The notes: a model not told the origin generated them from the letters alone. Shown: positions 36,451 to 45,610, counted from the first letter of the stretch. The stretch: 52,194 nucleotides of DNA from an uncultured Candidatus Saccharibacteria bacterium (GCA_964443125.1 CAYUBL010000005.1:1-52194); one strand, 5' to 3'. Numbers and translations: made by a program.

Positions 36451-37614
36451 CTACTCCCCGTTCGCCGCCTTTACTTCCGGAAACTTGTCGGGCGACTGGT
36501 AATGCGAAACGAAATTCGCTTCCCGGATCGTCTTACCCGCACGGGTCACGATCTGGGCAACCGCCGCCGTAAGAGAGCCGTCCGGACGCTTTTCTGTCGT
36601 AAACGGTCCGTTGATTTTCACCGTCCGGCCATCGCTTGTGCCCCATACTTCGAACCGTACGCGAGATCCGATCACGGATGTTTTCAGTATGACGGGAGTT
36701 TTCATGTCATTTTTGAATCGGAAATCCGGAGCGGGCTGGTACACGGTGGCGTCATATCCCGGAGCCCCATAGTATGCTACCGGATACGAATGGTTTTTCC
36801 GATACGTAATCTGCAGTCCCGCCTGCATTGCCGCGCGGAAAGCAGTAGTGGAAATTTGGCAAATACCTCCGCCGAATTCCGGCGTCGTTACGTTATCTTT
36901 AATTACCAATTCGGGCAGATAGCCGTTTTTTCCATCTACTTCCCCAAGGTACGAATTAAACGAGAATTCTTCTCCGGGCATTATAATGGCGCCATGAAAC
37001 TTTTCCGTTCCCACGACAATATTGTGCACCCTGTTTCTCGGACTTCCCGCAAAACTTGTTTCTCCTGTGGCAAGGAGGTCCGGAAACTTCAGTTTTGCAA
37101 AATCAGATGCGGAGAATACAGACGGGCGATACACTTTCATGGAAACCGGCACGAACGATGTTCCCTTTGCCAACGCGCTGCGAAGCGCGAGAGATGTTTT
37201 TATTCCGTCTACAATACTTCCCTTCCGGCCGCCTTTTACCAGAACGATTGTCTCTCCATTTCGCACGAACCTGCTTGGCTCGCCCGTATCATTTACGACG
37301 GGAGATATATGGATATTAAGGTATGAATAGATAGCATCCGGCCGCAATTGCAGCAGCAGCGCTCCATCGCTGCCTCGTTTTGTGCGATACAGTTTCTGGA
37401 CTTGAGCGGGAGTAAGCTTCCACGTTCGTTTCCCATGCGTAAATTGTATCGATGTTTTCTTGAGGGCTTGTGCGCGCGCTTCATCGATACGAACTTCCTG
37501 CAAGAGAACGGAAGATGCCTCTGCGGGATGCGCAAAAAGCGCTGCGAATACCAGTGCAGCTCCCGCTACGGTCCATTTATTGCGAACAATCAACATCGTA
37601 TGCATTAGGATCAT
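36451..37614 (-). CDS. VanW family protein (second copy)
   Basis: GGGICQISTTAFRAAMQAGLQITYRKNHSYPVAYYGAPGYDATVY. N-terminal signal/anchor WTVAGAALVFAALFA. Confidence 0.85.
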   Translation of the reverse strand: MILMHTMLIVRNKWTVAGAALVFAALFAHPAEASSVLLQEVRIDEARAQALKKTSIQFTHGKRTWKLTPAQVQKLYRTKRGSDGALLLQLRPDAIYSYLNIHISPVVNDTGEPSRFVRNGETIVLVKGGRKGSIVDGIKTSLALRSALAKGTSFVPVSMKVYRPSVFSASDFAKLKFPDLLATGETSFAGSPRNRVHNIVVGTEKFHGAIIMPGEEFSFNSYLGEVDGKNGYLPELVIKDNVTTPEFGGGICQISTTAFRAAMQAGLQITYRKNHSYPVAYYGAPGYDATVYQPAPDFRFKNDMKTPVILKTSVIGSRVRFEVWGTSDGRTVKINGPFTTEKRPDGSLTAAVAQIVTRAGKTIREANFVSHYQSPDKFPEVKAANGE

Positions 37615-38260
37615 TGTACGTTTTTGTGGTCAGAAAGCCAGTAAATGCTGTTATCGGCGATGACAATACCTCCCAGATCGTGCGCTCCTCCTCTTCCCTC
37701 ACCTCGGGAGAAGGAAGCGGCGTCGGGCGAATATTCTCCCCCGGCTCCTTGTACGCAACAATGGTGATGTCCATCTTTTTTCGTCCGAATTCGAGCGCTT
37801 CACTGGTAGAAGGAAACCAAATATCCATATAGTAGCCGGAATATCGGCTATTCATTCTGTCTTCTACGATATAGTTTTCCCCGTTAATCGATACGACCGT
37901 GCCAAGGGGAAGAAAGTTCGTCGCAACCACTCCCGGCCGTACCGTCGTTCCCGCCGCCGTAATGCACGGTGTTGCATCGGTCTGGTAGGGCGACGGCGCA
38001 TATGCGCTCGATGTCACCGTGAGCACCGTCCCCTCTTTGGGGCGAATGCGCAGCGGCGTGCGAATCCCGATATATGACCAGAGCTTCTTCCACCACGTAT
38101 CTTGTACAGGAGCACCGGGAACCTCCACTGCCACGCGGGCTGCGGTTATCGCCTGATCATTGAGATAGTGCTCAACTTGCTGAGCAGATACGCCCTGTGC
38201 AATACAGACGCTGAGCATAGATACAAGAATGACAACGGCCGTCTTCTTCATACCCTTCAT
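37577..38260 (-). CDS. secreted 3D-domain protein (MltA/RlpA-like barrel)
   Basis: Signal peptide MKGMKKTAVVILVSMLSVCIAQGVSA. VTSSAYAPSPYQTDATPCITAAGTTVRPGVVATNFLPLGTVVSINGENYIVEDRMNSRY...MDIWF. ATG at 38260 is preferred to the ORF-track start at 38398. Confidence 0.8.
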   Translation of the reverse strand: MKGMKKTAVVILVSMLSVCIAQGVSAQQVEHYLNDQAITAARVAVEVPGAPVQDTWWKKLWSYIGIRTPLRIRPKEGTVLTVTSSAYAPSPYQTDATPCITAAGTTVRPGVVATNFLPLGTVVSINGENYIVEDRMNSRYSGYYMDIWFPSTSEALEFGRKKMDITIVAYKEPGENIRPTPLPSPEVREEEERTIWEVLSSPITAFTGFLTTKTYNDPNAYDVDCSQ

Positions 38261-38274
38261 GGTACACTTGAATA

Positions 38275-38892
38275 ATGGCGGGAGAAATAGCACATGTCGT
38301 ATACGCAGCGCGAATCTTATCATATGTAGGAGATCGCATATCCCATCCTTCCTACTGGGTCGGTACCGTATTCCCGAATATCTACCGCATCGGATCAATG
38401 CAACGGTTCCCCACGCACCCGAAGGGGGTCGGATTGTCCACGATTGTGGGAAGCAACGACTTTATTACCGGAATGCGCGTGCACAGCTGGATCGATAACA
38501 CACGCGACATCACCATTAAAGAACATCGCATATTCGAAAAGCTTCCTTGGCACCCTCTGCTCCCTATTGCATTCGAGCTTCTTGAAGATGAATTACTCTA
38601 CCCTTCCTTCGAAGACTGGAATTTGGTTTTGCGGGTTCTCTCCTCCGTACATCCGGAAGAGAAGTTGATCGTAAATCATGTATCCGAAATCCAAGCATGG
38701 CACCATCTCCTCCAAGAATACTTTCGATCATCTCCCTCCGATCATTCCCGAATGCAGCTCCTCAATGCGCTCGGAGTTTCTAAAACCATATCCGATGAAG
38801 TAAATGCCATGGTTGCAGCGCTCCGCAAGCACGCGCTTACAAAAAAACTGTTCCATTCATACATCGAATCGCTGGAGCACACGCTGCTGTAA
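38275..38892 (+). CDS. hypothetical protein
   Basis: 205-aa ORF with ordinary composition, ending at a strong terminator. No motif recognised. The start is uncertain because it lies only 14 nt from the divergent 3D gene start. Confidence 0.5.
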   Translation: MAGEIAHVVYAARILSYVGDRISHPSYWVGTVFPNIYRIGSMQRFPTHPKGVGLSTIVGSNDFITGMRVHSWIDNTRDITIKEHRIFEKLPWHPLLPIAFELLEDELLYPSFEDWNLVLRVLSSVHPEEKLIVNHVSEIQAWHHLLQEYFRSSPSDHSRMQLLNALGVSKTISDEVNAMVAALRKHALTKKLFHSYIESLEHTLL

Positions 38893-38906
38893 AAAAAGAA
38901 AAAGCG

Positions 38907-38932
38907 AATCCCCCGCGGTGCGGGGGATTTTT
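38907..38932. terminator. bidirectional intrinsic terminator between convergent genes
   Basis: AATCCCCCGC-ggt-GCGGGGGATT is a 10-bp stem flanked by an A-rich tract and TTTT. Confidence 0.75.
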
Positions 38933-38933
38933 G

Positions 38934-39086
38934 TTATCGCTTCTTTCTGCGAGAGGTGGCTTTCTTTCTCTTAGCTGGCTTTCGCTTTGCTGTCTTACGA
39001 GTAGACTTTTTTGCTGTCTTCTTCGTTGTCCTCTTCGCTGTTCGGCGCTTTGCCGTCTTGCGCTTTGCTTTTTTCTTAGCTGGCAT
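38934..39086 (-). CDS. 50-aa Lys/Arg-rich histone H1-like / nucleoid-associated-type protein
   Basis: MPAKKKAKRKTAKRRTAKRTTKKTAKKSTRKTAKRKPAKRKKATSRRKKR. A GAGGAGG RBS precedes the ATG at 39086. Confidence 0.65.
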   Translation of the reverse strand: MPAKKKAKRKTAKRRTAKRTTKKTAKKSTRKTAKRKPAKRKKATSRRKKR

Positions 39087-39216
39087 AGATACCACCTCCT
39101 CTCCCAAGTGACATGTAGTATCCGAAATGAAATGCATTCACAAAAATATTTTTTTTGCGATGAACTGTTTCCCCTCCATTAAACACTTCATTCATATCGT
39201 TGTTGGAATTATTGTA

Positions 39217-39750
39217 TCACACTTTTTCTTTTATATGCAGTGCAACTCCAATCACACTTACAATATACGATGCAAATCCAACAGTTGCAATTGCAAATGC
39301 TGCAACAACAAATGGAATAGGAATAAAAAATAATCCGACTGCCGTTGCTCCGATAACGAAATCAATTTGATCAAATGGAATCCATGATGAACCGGAAGAA
39401 ATGTTTCTTCGTCGTTTGAAAAAACTTTTCACGCTGTCGCCGACAATCGCTCCGACTCCTGTTGCGCATCCGAATGCTGTGGCGAAGAAAAACGAATTGA
39501 ACGGTTCGGTAGAAACAACAAACGACTCGAGCGCCCCCACGCATGCCCCAACACCTGCGGCGCACACGAGGCCACGCATTGTTTTTGTTTCTCCAAGCAG
39601 CCGAGTTCCCCCCATATACATTCCAAAATCTATCGGTTTATTAAGCCATGGAATAAGGTTGTAGCGGCTGGCAAATACCGGCGCCATATTGGCCGCCATT
39701 GCAGGAGCGTATACGACTGCCACATCCAAAATCAGTTGCAATAATTCCAT
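39217..39750 (-). CDS. CDP-archaeol synthase (CarS, DUF46)-like membrane protein
   Basis: 177 aa, about 5 TM. PAMAANMAPV, KPIDFGMYMGGTRLLGETKTMRG, and GAIVGDSVKSFFKRRRNISSGSSWIPFDQIDF match remembered archaeal CarS blocks (PIDFG...DGKRILGDGKTWRG; FGD...SFIKRR...G....DQ..F). Confidence 0.75.
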   Translation of the reverse strand: MELLQLILDVAVVYAPAMAANMAPVFASRYNLIPWLNKPIDFGMYMGGTRLLGETKTMRGLVCAAGVGACVGALESFVVSTEPFNSFFFATAFGCATGVGAIVGDSVKSFFKRRRNISSGSSWIPFDQIDFVIGATAVGLFFIPIPFVVAAFAIATVGFASYIVSVIGVALHIKEKV

Positions 39751-39770
39751 AGAATGCTCACGGTAAGTAT

Positions 39771-40316
39771 ATGCAATTTACGCAGCCGCTTCCACAATCG
39801 TTTTATGCGCGCGACACTCATGACGTTGCGCGGGATCTGTTGGGAAAAGTTCTTGTACGCAATGTTGCAGGAACTATGTTGTGCGGAAGAATTTGTGAAG
39901 TGGAAAGCTACCAAGGAGAAGATGACAAAGCATGTCACGCATCAAAAGGAAGAACTGCGCGCACGGAAATCATGTACGGCCCCGCAGGCTTTGCATACGT
40001 GTATATGGTTTACGGAATGTATCATTGCTTGAATGTTATAACAGAAGTGGAAAACTTTCCTGCAGCCGTACTTATTCGCGCAGTAATTCCCCTGCAAGAG
40101 ATGCAGCAAAAAACAGATGGTCCGGGAAAACTCTGCCGCGCATTTTCTATTGACCGCACGCACAACAATACCAATCTAACAGAGAGTGCGGAATTATATA
40201 TCATCGACGACGGCACGCGCATTGCGAAGCAGAACATCCTCACATCTGCCCGCATCGGCGTTGCGTATGCGGGAGAAGACGCGCTGCTTGAATGGAGATA
40301 CTTCTATTCGAAATGA
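39771..40316 (+). CDS. DNA-3-methyladenine glycosylase (Mpg/AAG family)
   Basis: FYARDTHDVARDLLGKVLV, GRICEVESYQGEDDKACHASKGRT.RTEIMYGPAGFAYVYMVYGMYHCLNVIT. Confidence 0.85.
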   Translation: MQFTQPLPQSFYARDTHDVARDLLGKVLVRNVAGTMLCGRICEVESYQGEDDKACHASKGRTARTEIMYGPAGFAYVYMVYGMYHCLNVITEVENFPAAVLIRAVIPLQEMQQKTDGPGKLCRAFSIDRTHNNTNLTESAELYIIDDGTRIAKQNILTSARIGVAYAGEDALLEWRYFYSK

Positions 40317-42367
40317 ATCATCGAATTTTTTTGGGCAACCTTCTTTCTCAATACGGGGTGATGCAAAAGTTCCGGATCTTTTTGCAAAATGCCTGCAGCC
40401 TCTTTCCTCGCGCGCGCAATCATCGGGTAATCTAACAGCGATGCAACCCGCAAATCCCCGAACCCCGTCTGCGCCACTCCATACAACTCCCCCGGCCCGC
40501 GGAATTGCAGATCCGCTTCCGCTATTTTGAATCCGTCGCTTGTGGCCGCAAACAGCGCGAGCCGCTCATAATCTCTCCCCTCTTGTTCCGTAGGCACGAC
40601 ATAGCAAGTAGATGCATGGGTTCCGCGGCCAATCCTTCCGCGAAACTGGTGCAACTGCGCCAGGCCGAAGCGCTCTGCGCCCTCAATCATCATAATTGTC
40701 GCGTTCGGCACATCGACGCCGACTTCTACGACCGACGTTGCGACCAGCAGCTGCAATGCCCCTGCGGCAAAGTTATTCATGACCGCTTCCTTTTCCTCGC
40801 TTTTCATTTGTCCGTGAAGCAGCCCTACCGCGATGCCGGGAAACAGCTTTTGAATTTGAGCGTATGCTTTTTTTGCAGATGTTACTGCCCGCGTTTCGGA
40901 TTCTTCAATGACGGGCGTCACCACATATGCTTGGCGTCCCGCATGCAGCTCGGTGAGCATATGGATAATTGCATCATCCTTCTTTCCGTTCGTAATGAGG
41001 TGCGTTGCAATGGGCGTCCTGCCCGGCGGCAACTCGTCAAGAATCGACACTTCCAAATCTCCATATACGGTCAGATTGAGCGTCCTCGGAATTGGCGTCG
41101 CAGTCATGGAAAGCAGGTGCGGCACATACCCCTCCTCCAACGACAGCAGCTTTTTGCGCTGGGCAACGCCAAACCGATGCTGTTCATCAATAATCGCAAG
41201 TGCAACGCCCGACGCCTGCACGGATTCTTGCAGTAGCGCATGAGTTCCGACAATACATACTGCGCCATCCTCTCGCAGCATCTGATACACACCCCGCTTC
41301 TCTTTTACCTTCATCGCCCCCACCAAAAGCCGCACTCGCTCTTTTCCCAATATTTTCGTAAACATCGCCGCCTGTTGGCGCGCGAGGATTTCCGTCGGAG
41401 CAAGATAAAGTGTCTTTTTCCCTACTGAAAGCACTCGCATTACCGAGAGAAGCGCAACAGCGCTTTTCCCGGACCCCACATCTCCTTGCAGCAGACGATT
41501 CATCGGATGCGGCGCATCCATGTCAGCGTATATTTCGTCGAGTACGCGCGCTTGCGCCCCGGTCAGCCCAAACGGCAAAGAGCGCTGCTGCTGCTCCTCT
41601 TCACGGGTATTGCGAGGAATTTGATATGCATCGGCCTGCAACAAATGTCGCTTGCGTACAAGCGCCGCAAGCTGGAGGAAAAACAGCTCATCAAACTGCA
41701 ACCGCTCCTGCGCTTTTTGCAGCTGTTTTTTCGATGAAGGAAAATGCGCGGCAGAAATCGCCTCTTGGATCCCCATAAATCCGTTCCGCTGGATAATATC
41801 AGCGGGAATATATTCGGGAATCAGCAACATAGCCGGCAAAAGCCGTTTTATTTGATACCGGATAAACCTTGAAGAAATTCCGCTTGTTTCCCGATAGATC
41901 GGCGTAATGGCGGCAGTATGGATCCGCTGGGCATCCTGCGATGAGGCGAACTCCAGTGACGGCGAGCGCATGGAAAATAGATGCTCGGGGAACCGCGCTT
42001 TTTCTACCGTCCCTGCAAGATACACGTGCGTCCCCACCGGCAATTTTTCTTTGAGAAACCGCAAATTAAACCATACTGCATGCAACACTCCGGTCCCATC
42101 GTCGATATTGCAATAAATCCGGGTTAATCGCCTCTTGCCATAAAATCCCGATTTTTCCTGTATTGAAACCACCCTTCCTTGTATCGCCATCTGCCCCCCT
42201 ATTTCCAACTCCGCAATTGGCGTAATTTCCGAAAAATCTTCGTGTTTTCTGGGAAAATGGAATAGCAGGTCCCGAACATAGCGAATACCCAAGCGCTCAA
42301 ATGCTTTGGCGCGGGCAGGTCCTACGCCATTGAGTTCGGTAATCGGCGAAGAAAGCGTAATGGGCAT
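40304..42367 (-). CDS. recG: ATP-dependent DNA helicase RecG
   Basis: Wedge-domain N-terminus (LNGVGPARAKAFERLGI), LLQGDVGSGKSAVA, IIDEQHRFGV, MTATPIPRT, QLHQFRGRIGRG. ATG at 42367 is preferred to the ORF-track start at 42430. Confidence 0.9.
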   Translation of the reverse strand: MPITLSSPITELNGVGPARAKAFERLGIRYVRDLLFHFPRKHEDFSEITPIAELEIGGQMAIQGRVVSIQEKSGFYGKRRLTRIYCNIDDGTGVLHAVWFNLRFLKEKLPVGTHVYLAGTVEKARFPEHLFSMRSPSLEFASSQDAQRIHTAAITPIYRETSGISSRFIRYQIKRLLPAMLLIPEYIPADIIQRNGFMGIQEAISAAHFPSSKKQLQKAQERLQFDELFFLQLAALVRKRHLLQADAYQIPRNTREEEQQQRSLPFGLTGAQARVLDEIYADMDAPHPMNRLLQGDVGSGKSAVALLSVMRVLSVGKKTLYLAPTEILARQQAAMFTKILGKERVRLLVGAMKVKEKRGVYQMLREDGAVCIVGTHALLQESVQASGVALAIIDEQHRFGVAQRKKLLSLEEGYVPHLLSMTATPIPRTLNLTVYGDLEVSILDELPPGRTPIATHLITNGKKDDAIIHMLTELHAGRQAYVVTPVIEESETRAVTSAKKAYAQIQKLFPGIAVGLLHGQMKSEEKEAVMNNFAAGALQLLVATSVVEVGVDVPNATIMMIEGAERFGLAQLHQFRGRIGRGTHASTCYVVPTEQEGRDYERLALFAATSDGFKIAEADLQFRGPGELYGVAQTGFGDLRVASLLDYPMIARARKEAAGILQKDPELLHHPVLRKKVAQKNSMIHFE

Positions 42368-42547
42368 ATCACTACCTATGCTACAAGAACGCCTCGGAGA
42401 AAGGAAAAGAGACCTGCAGTGAGGTCTCATGAGTTATTTGGCTACATGGCGCCACCGTCATAGCAAAGACAGTGGAAACCAATGGAATATTGGCGAAATA
42501 ACGAGAAAAGAACACTATAAAGAGCTACCTTGCATCCACTATACAAT

Positions 42548-43747
42548 CTATTGAGGTGCAGTCAAGGATGATGTTACTTCCCGATTGAGCGGCCACAAAG
42601 CATCTTCTCCCAAGATGACCGTTTGATACAGTTGGAGATCTCCCCACCGAAATCCGGCTTCACAGGTTTCCAAATACAGCATCCACATGCGATAGAATTG
42701 TTCATCAAACATGTTCACAACTGTTTCCCTATTTTTCTCCACCCCCCGTGCCCAGAGATGCAATGTTTTTGCGTAGTGTTGCCATAAATTCTCGATATCA
42801 ACAATATGCAATTGCTCTCGATGAGCAAGCTGAACAATATCTTGTAACAATGGGATGTATCCGCCCGGAAAAATATACTTCTGAATCCAAGGATCTTTTC
42901 CATCTTTCCGCTCATTGGTTTTTCCTATCGAATGGAGCAACGATATGCCATCGGACCGCAACAGCCGCTTCCAAAGAGCGAAGAACGCCGGGTATTGCCT
43001 CCTGCCTACATGTTCGAACATCCCGATGCTGATTATGCGATCATATTTCGTGTTCTTTGTGTACCGCTCTATATTTCTCCAATCATCGACGATTACATGC
43101 ACTTTCTCCTCAAGCCCGAGCTGTTTTGCGCGATCTATGATGTATGCCGCTTGCTCCTTGGCCGGGGTAACGCCGGTGACATCCGCCCCGTAATACTGCG
43201 CAGCATGGAAGAGCGCCGCTCCCCATCCGCATCCGATATCAAGAAGCGTCATTCCCTTCTGCAGCCGGATCTTCTTGCATACAAGATCATTCTTTTGAAA
43301 TTGCGCCCGATCGAGGGTGTCGTCATCACGGAGAAAATATGCGCACGTGTACGTCCTTGTCTCTCCGAGCCATAGCGCATAGAAATCGTTCCCAAGATCG
43401 TAATGATGCCGGGCATTCTTCACGGCACCGGATACCGAAATTGGCATATACCGTACTATCTTTCCGATACGGAGTATCCAGTCAGGGATAATCGACACGC
43501 TCTGCATAAATCCCTGAAAGAACGCCATCTTGTCCCCTTCGATGGTCGCCTCCCCTCTCATGTACGCCTCTCCAAAAGCCAACGAAGGAGAAAACGGAGT
43601 ACGTATAAGCAAAGAAGCTGGCAACGTAACCGTAGCGACCGTCTCTCCTTGGCCCAAGAGTACTTCTTCTTTCCCCACGACCAAACGAACACCGGGTCCT
43701 ACCCATTTTTTTTGCAGTCTATTAAGAATATATCTTCGAATCATCAT
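42548..43747 (-). CDS. cfa: cyclopropane-fatty-acyl-phospholipid synthase family methyltransferase
   Basis: HYDLGNDFYALWLGETRTYTCAYF, LLDIGCGWGA, SIGMFEHVG. Confidence 0.85.
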   Translation of the reverse strand: MMIRRYILNRLQKKWVGPGVRLVVGKEEVLLGQGETVATVTLPASLLIRTPFSPSLAFGEAYMRGEATIEGDKMAFFQGFMQSVSIIPDWILRIGKIVRYMPISVSGAVKNARHHYDLGNDFYALWLGETRTYTCAYFLRDDDTLDRAQFQKNDLVCKKIRLQKGMTLLDIGCGWGAALFHAAQYYGADVTGVTPAKEQAAYIIDRAKQLGLEEKVHVIVDDWRNIERYTKNTKYDRIISIGMFEHVGRRQYPAFFALWKRLLRSDGISLLHSIGKTNERKDGKDPWIQKYIFPGGYIPLLQDIVQLAHREQLHIVDIENLWQHYAKTLHLWARGVEKNRETVVNMFDEQFYRMWMLYLETCEAGFRWGDLQLYQTVILGEDALWPLNREVTSSLTAPQ

Positions 43748-43761
43748 ACGGTATTACAAAG

Positions 43762-43835
43762 TGCACTCGGAGGGACTCGAACCCCCGACCCTTTGGTCCG
43801 AAGCCAAATGCTCTAATCCACTGAGCTACGAGTGC
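43762..43835 (-). tRNA. tRNA-Arg (anticodon UCG), CCA not encoded
   Basis: GCACTCG acceptor, GCTC/GAGC D arm, anticodon stem TTTGG/CCAAA with loop CTTCGGA, T arm GGGGG-TTCGAGT-CCCTC, discriminator A. Confidence 0.85.
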
Positions 43836-43838
43836 GTT

Positions 43839-44438
43839 TTATGATTTTCCGCTATTTTTCTCGTATTGTCCAGTCTTTTCCAATATGGACGCGATAATAA
43901 TACCCGTTGCCATTGCCACGTTATGGGAGTTCCCCACTCCAAGGATGGGTATCTCAATAACAGCGTCTGCGAGCCCCAATAAGTTCTCGCTTATACCAAG
44001 CCGCTCATGTCCCACAATAAGGATTGTCGGCAATTGAAATACGGCTTTTGTATATGGAATGCTTTGCTTGGTTTGTTCCAACGCAAGGACCTGGTATCCT
44101 TCCCGCTTTTTCTGCAAGATAACATCCGTGGGATCTTCGCGATATTCCCAAGGTTGATGCGGAAGCGCATATACTGCTGTTTTGCGAATTCTGTTTTCAT
44201 GGCGGGAAATCACATTCTCGGGCCGGGCGTCCCCTTCTCTGCGAGGGTAGCCGGTGTAGCCGGCGAGTACCAACAGTTCAATCCGCGCTAATTCGCACAA
44301 TCGGAATAACAACCCCACGTTATCAAGGCTTCGGATATTGTCCGCCACGACCACCACGGGCACGCGGCTTAGCAGGGCCAATTTCTCTGGAGTAGGCCGT
44401 TCGGAAACCAGTTCTTGCGTTGTTTTCTTTTCTATCAC
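43839..44438 (-). CDS. SpoU/TrmH family RNA 2'-O-methyltransferase
   Basis: SLDNVGLLFRLCE, ILIVGHERLGIS, IEIPILGVGNSHNVAMATGIII. Confidence 0.8.
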   Translation of the reverse strand: MIEKKTTQELVSERPTPEKLALLSRVPVVVVADNIRSLDNVGLLFRLCELARIELLVLAGYTGYPRREGDARPENVISRHENRIRKTAVYALPHQPWEYREDPTDVILQKKREGYQVLALEQTKQSIPYTKAVFQLPTILIVGHERLGISENLLGLADAVIEIPILGVGNSHNVAMATGIIIASILEKTGQYEKNSGKS

Positions 44439-44440
44439 GG

Positions 44441-44512
44441 GGCGACTAGAGGGGATCGAACCCTCGTCGCCGGGACCACAACCCGGAGCTTTGCCATTAA
44501 GCTATAGCCGCC
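44441..44512 (-). tRNA. tRNA-His (anticodon GUG) with encoded G-1
   Basis: G(-1)-GCGGCTA acceptor pairs with TAGTCGC. C73 lies opposite G-1. Anticodon stem CCGGG/CCCGG with loop TTGTGGT. T arm GAGGG-TTCGATC-CCCTC. Confidence 0.85.
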
Positions 44513-44573
44513 ATATACCGAAAAGGGTGCTCGCAATATAGCATATTTTGTGCTAAAAACAAGCGTAGAATAG

Positions 44574-44647
44574 GCACTCGTAGCTCAGTCGGATAGAGCA
44601 AAGGGTTTCTAACCCTTAGGTCGTAGGTTCGAATCCTACCGAGTGCA
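44574..44647 (+). tRNA. tRNA-Arg (anticodon UCU), CCA not encoded
   Basis: GCACTCG acceptor, anticodon stem AAGGG/CCCTT with loop TTTCTAA, T arm GTAGG-TTCGAAT-CCTAC, discriminator A. Confidence 0.85.
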
Positions 44648-44661
44648 CTACAAATCGATTG

Positions 44662-45594
44662 CTACTTTTTCCCTGCAAGCGGAAGTTTTATCTCGAATTC
44701 CAAGCCCGATGACTCGCTCCTCTGCCGCCAGGTAAGCTTTCCGCCAAACTCGCTGATAATGAGCCGAGAAAGCGTGAGCCCTACGCCAATCCCGTCAGGA
44801 TCGTATTGGCCGGCATGCTTGCCTCGAACAAACGGGTCGAAAATCGCGTGTACATCCTCCGGCTTGATGCCGATCCCCCGATCCTGAACGACAATGCGGA
44901 CGGATTTGCTTCCCCGCATTATTGCAACATTCACGAGTCCCGGCGTAAGCGTATACAGCACGCCGTTCTCCAAAAGATGTACAAGCGCGATAATAAACAG
45001 CCCTCGGTCAACCGTAACCGGCGCGTTCACGCAATGCGCCTTTTGGATAATTTCAACGTTTCGCGCAGACGCGAGCGGCTTCACTTTTTGTATCGCTTCC
45101 TCTGCCAATGCGCACGCATCATACACGCGCAACTCTTGCGAGACTCTTCCGCCCTGCGCGCGCAACATCAAGAAAACGTCGCGCACGTTTTCCATGATTG
45201 TTTGTGCCTTTGTATTCATACGTTTAAGCTTTAAACGAACTTCTGGCGGAAAGTGTTTTGATTCCTTCACAAGATATGCGATATCTTCTTCGAGTGAAGC
45301 GAGCGGATGCTCGAGCTGGGAAGCAACGCGAGAAAGCCTCCTGTGCTCCCTTCTATCGTCTCCCCGCGCCCGGCCTTCTGCGTACAGGATAAGCAGCAAC
45401 GCAACGGTAAGCAGTATTCCCGCTCCAACCGGAATCAATGAGACGAACGACCCGATGAAAAGCGATCGCACGAAAAAGAAAATATCAATTGCAAGCAACA
45501 CGGACGCGCCCCCATACAAGAAGGAATAGAGAATGGTATGTGGCGACGAAGTCTTCATAGATCGTACGTGCAAGATTTCCTTGTATGGTAACAC
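44662..45594 (-). CDS. membrane-bound sensor histidine kinase (two TM, no obvious sensor domain)
   Basis: H-box-like RVASQLEHPLASLEEDIAYL. HATPase_c motifs HLLENGVLYT, DRGIGI, GIGVGLTLSRLI. The start may be Met at 45558. Confidence 0.75.
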   Translation of the reverse strand: MLPYKEILHVRSMKTSSPHTILYSFLYGGASVLLAIDIFFFVRSLFIGSFVSLIPVGAGILLTVALLLILYAEGRARGDDRREHRRLSRVASQLEHPLASLEEDIAYLVKESKHFPPEVRLKLKRMNTKAQTIMENVRDVFLMLRAQGGRVSQELRVYDACALAEEAIQKVKPLASARNVEIIQKAHCVNAPVTVDRGLFIIALVHLLENGVLYTLTPGLVNVAIMRGSKSVRIVVQDRGIGIKPEDVHAIFDPFVRGKHAGQYDPDGIGVGLTLSRLIISEFGGKLTWRQRSESSGLEFEIKLPLAGKK

Positions 45595-45610
45595 AAAATG
45601 CGCTCTTCGG

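Noticed and set aside
38934-39086. A short-period nucleotide repeat that could be mistaken for a repeat array.
   Set aside because: The periodicity comes from reiterated (T)AK(R/K) codons within a well-formed ORF that has a consensus RBS and a terminator. There is no repeat-spacer structure.
44540-44573. A TAGAAT -10-like hexamer upstream of tRNA-Arg(UCU).
   Set aside because: No acceptable -35 lies at 16-18 nt, so it is not reported as a feature.
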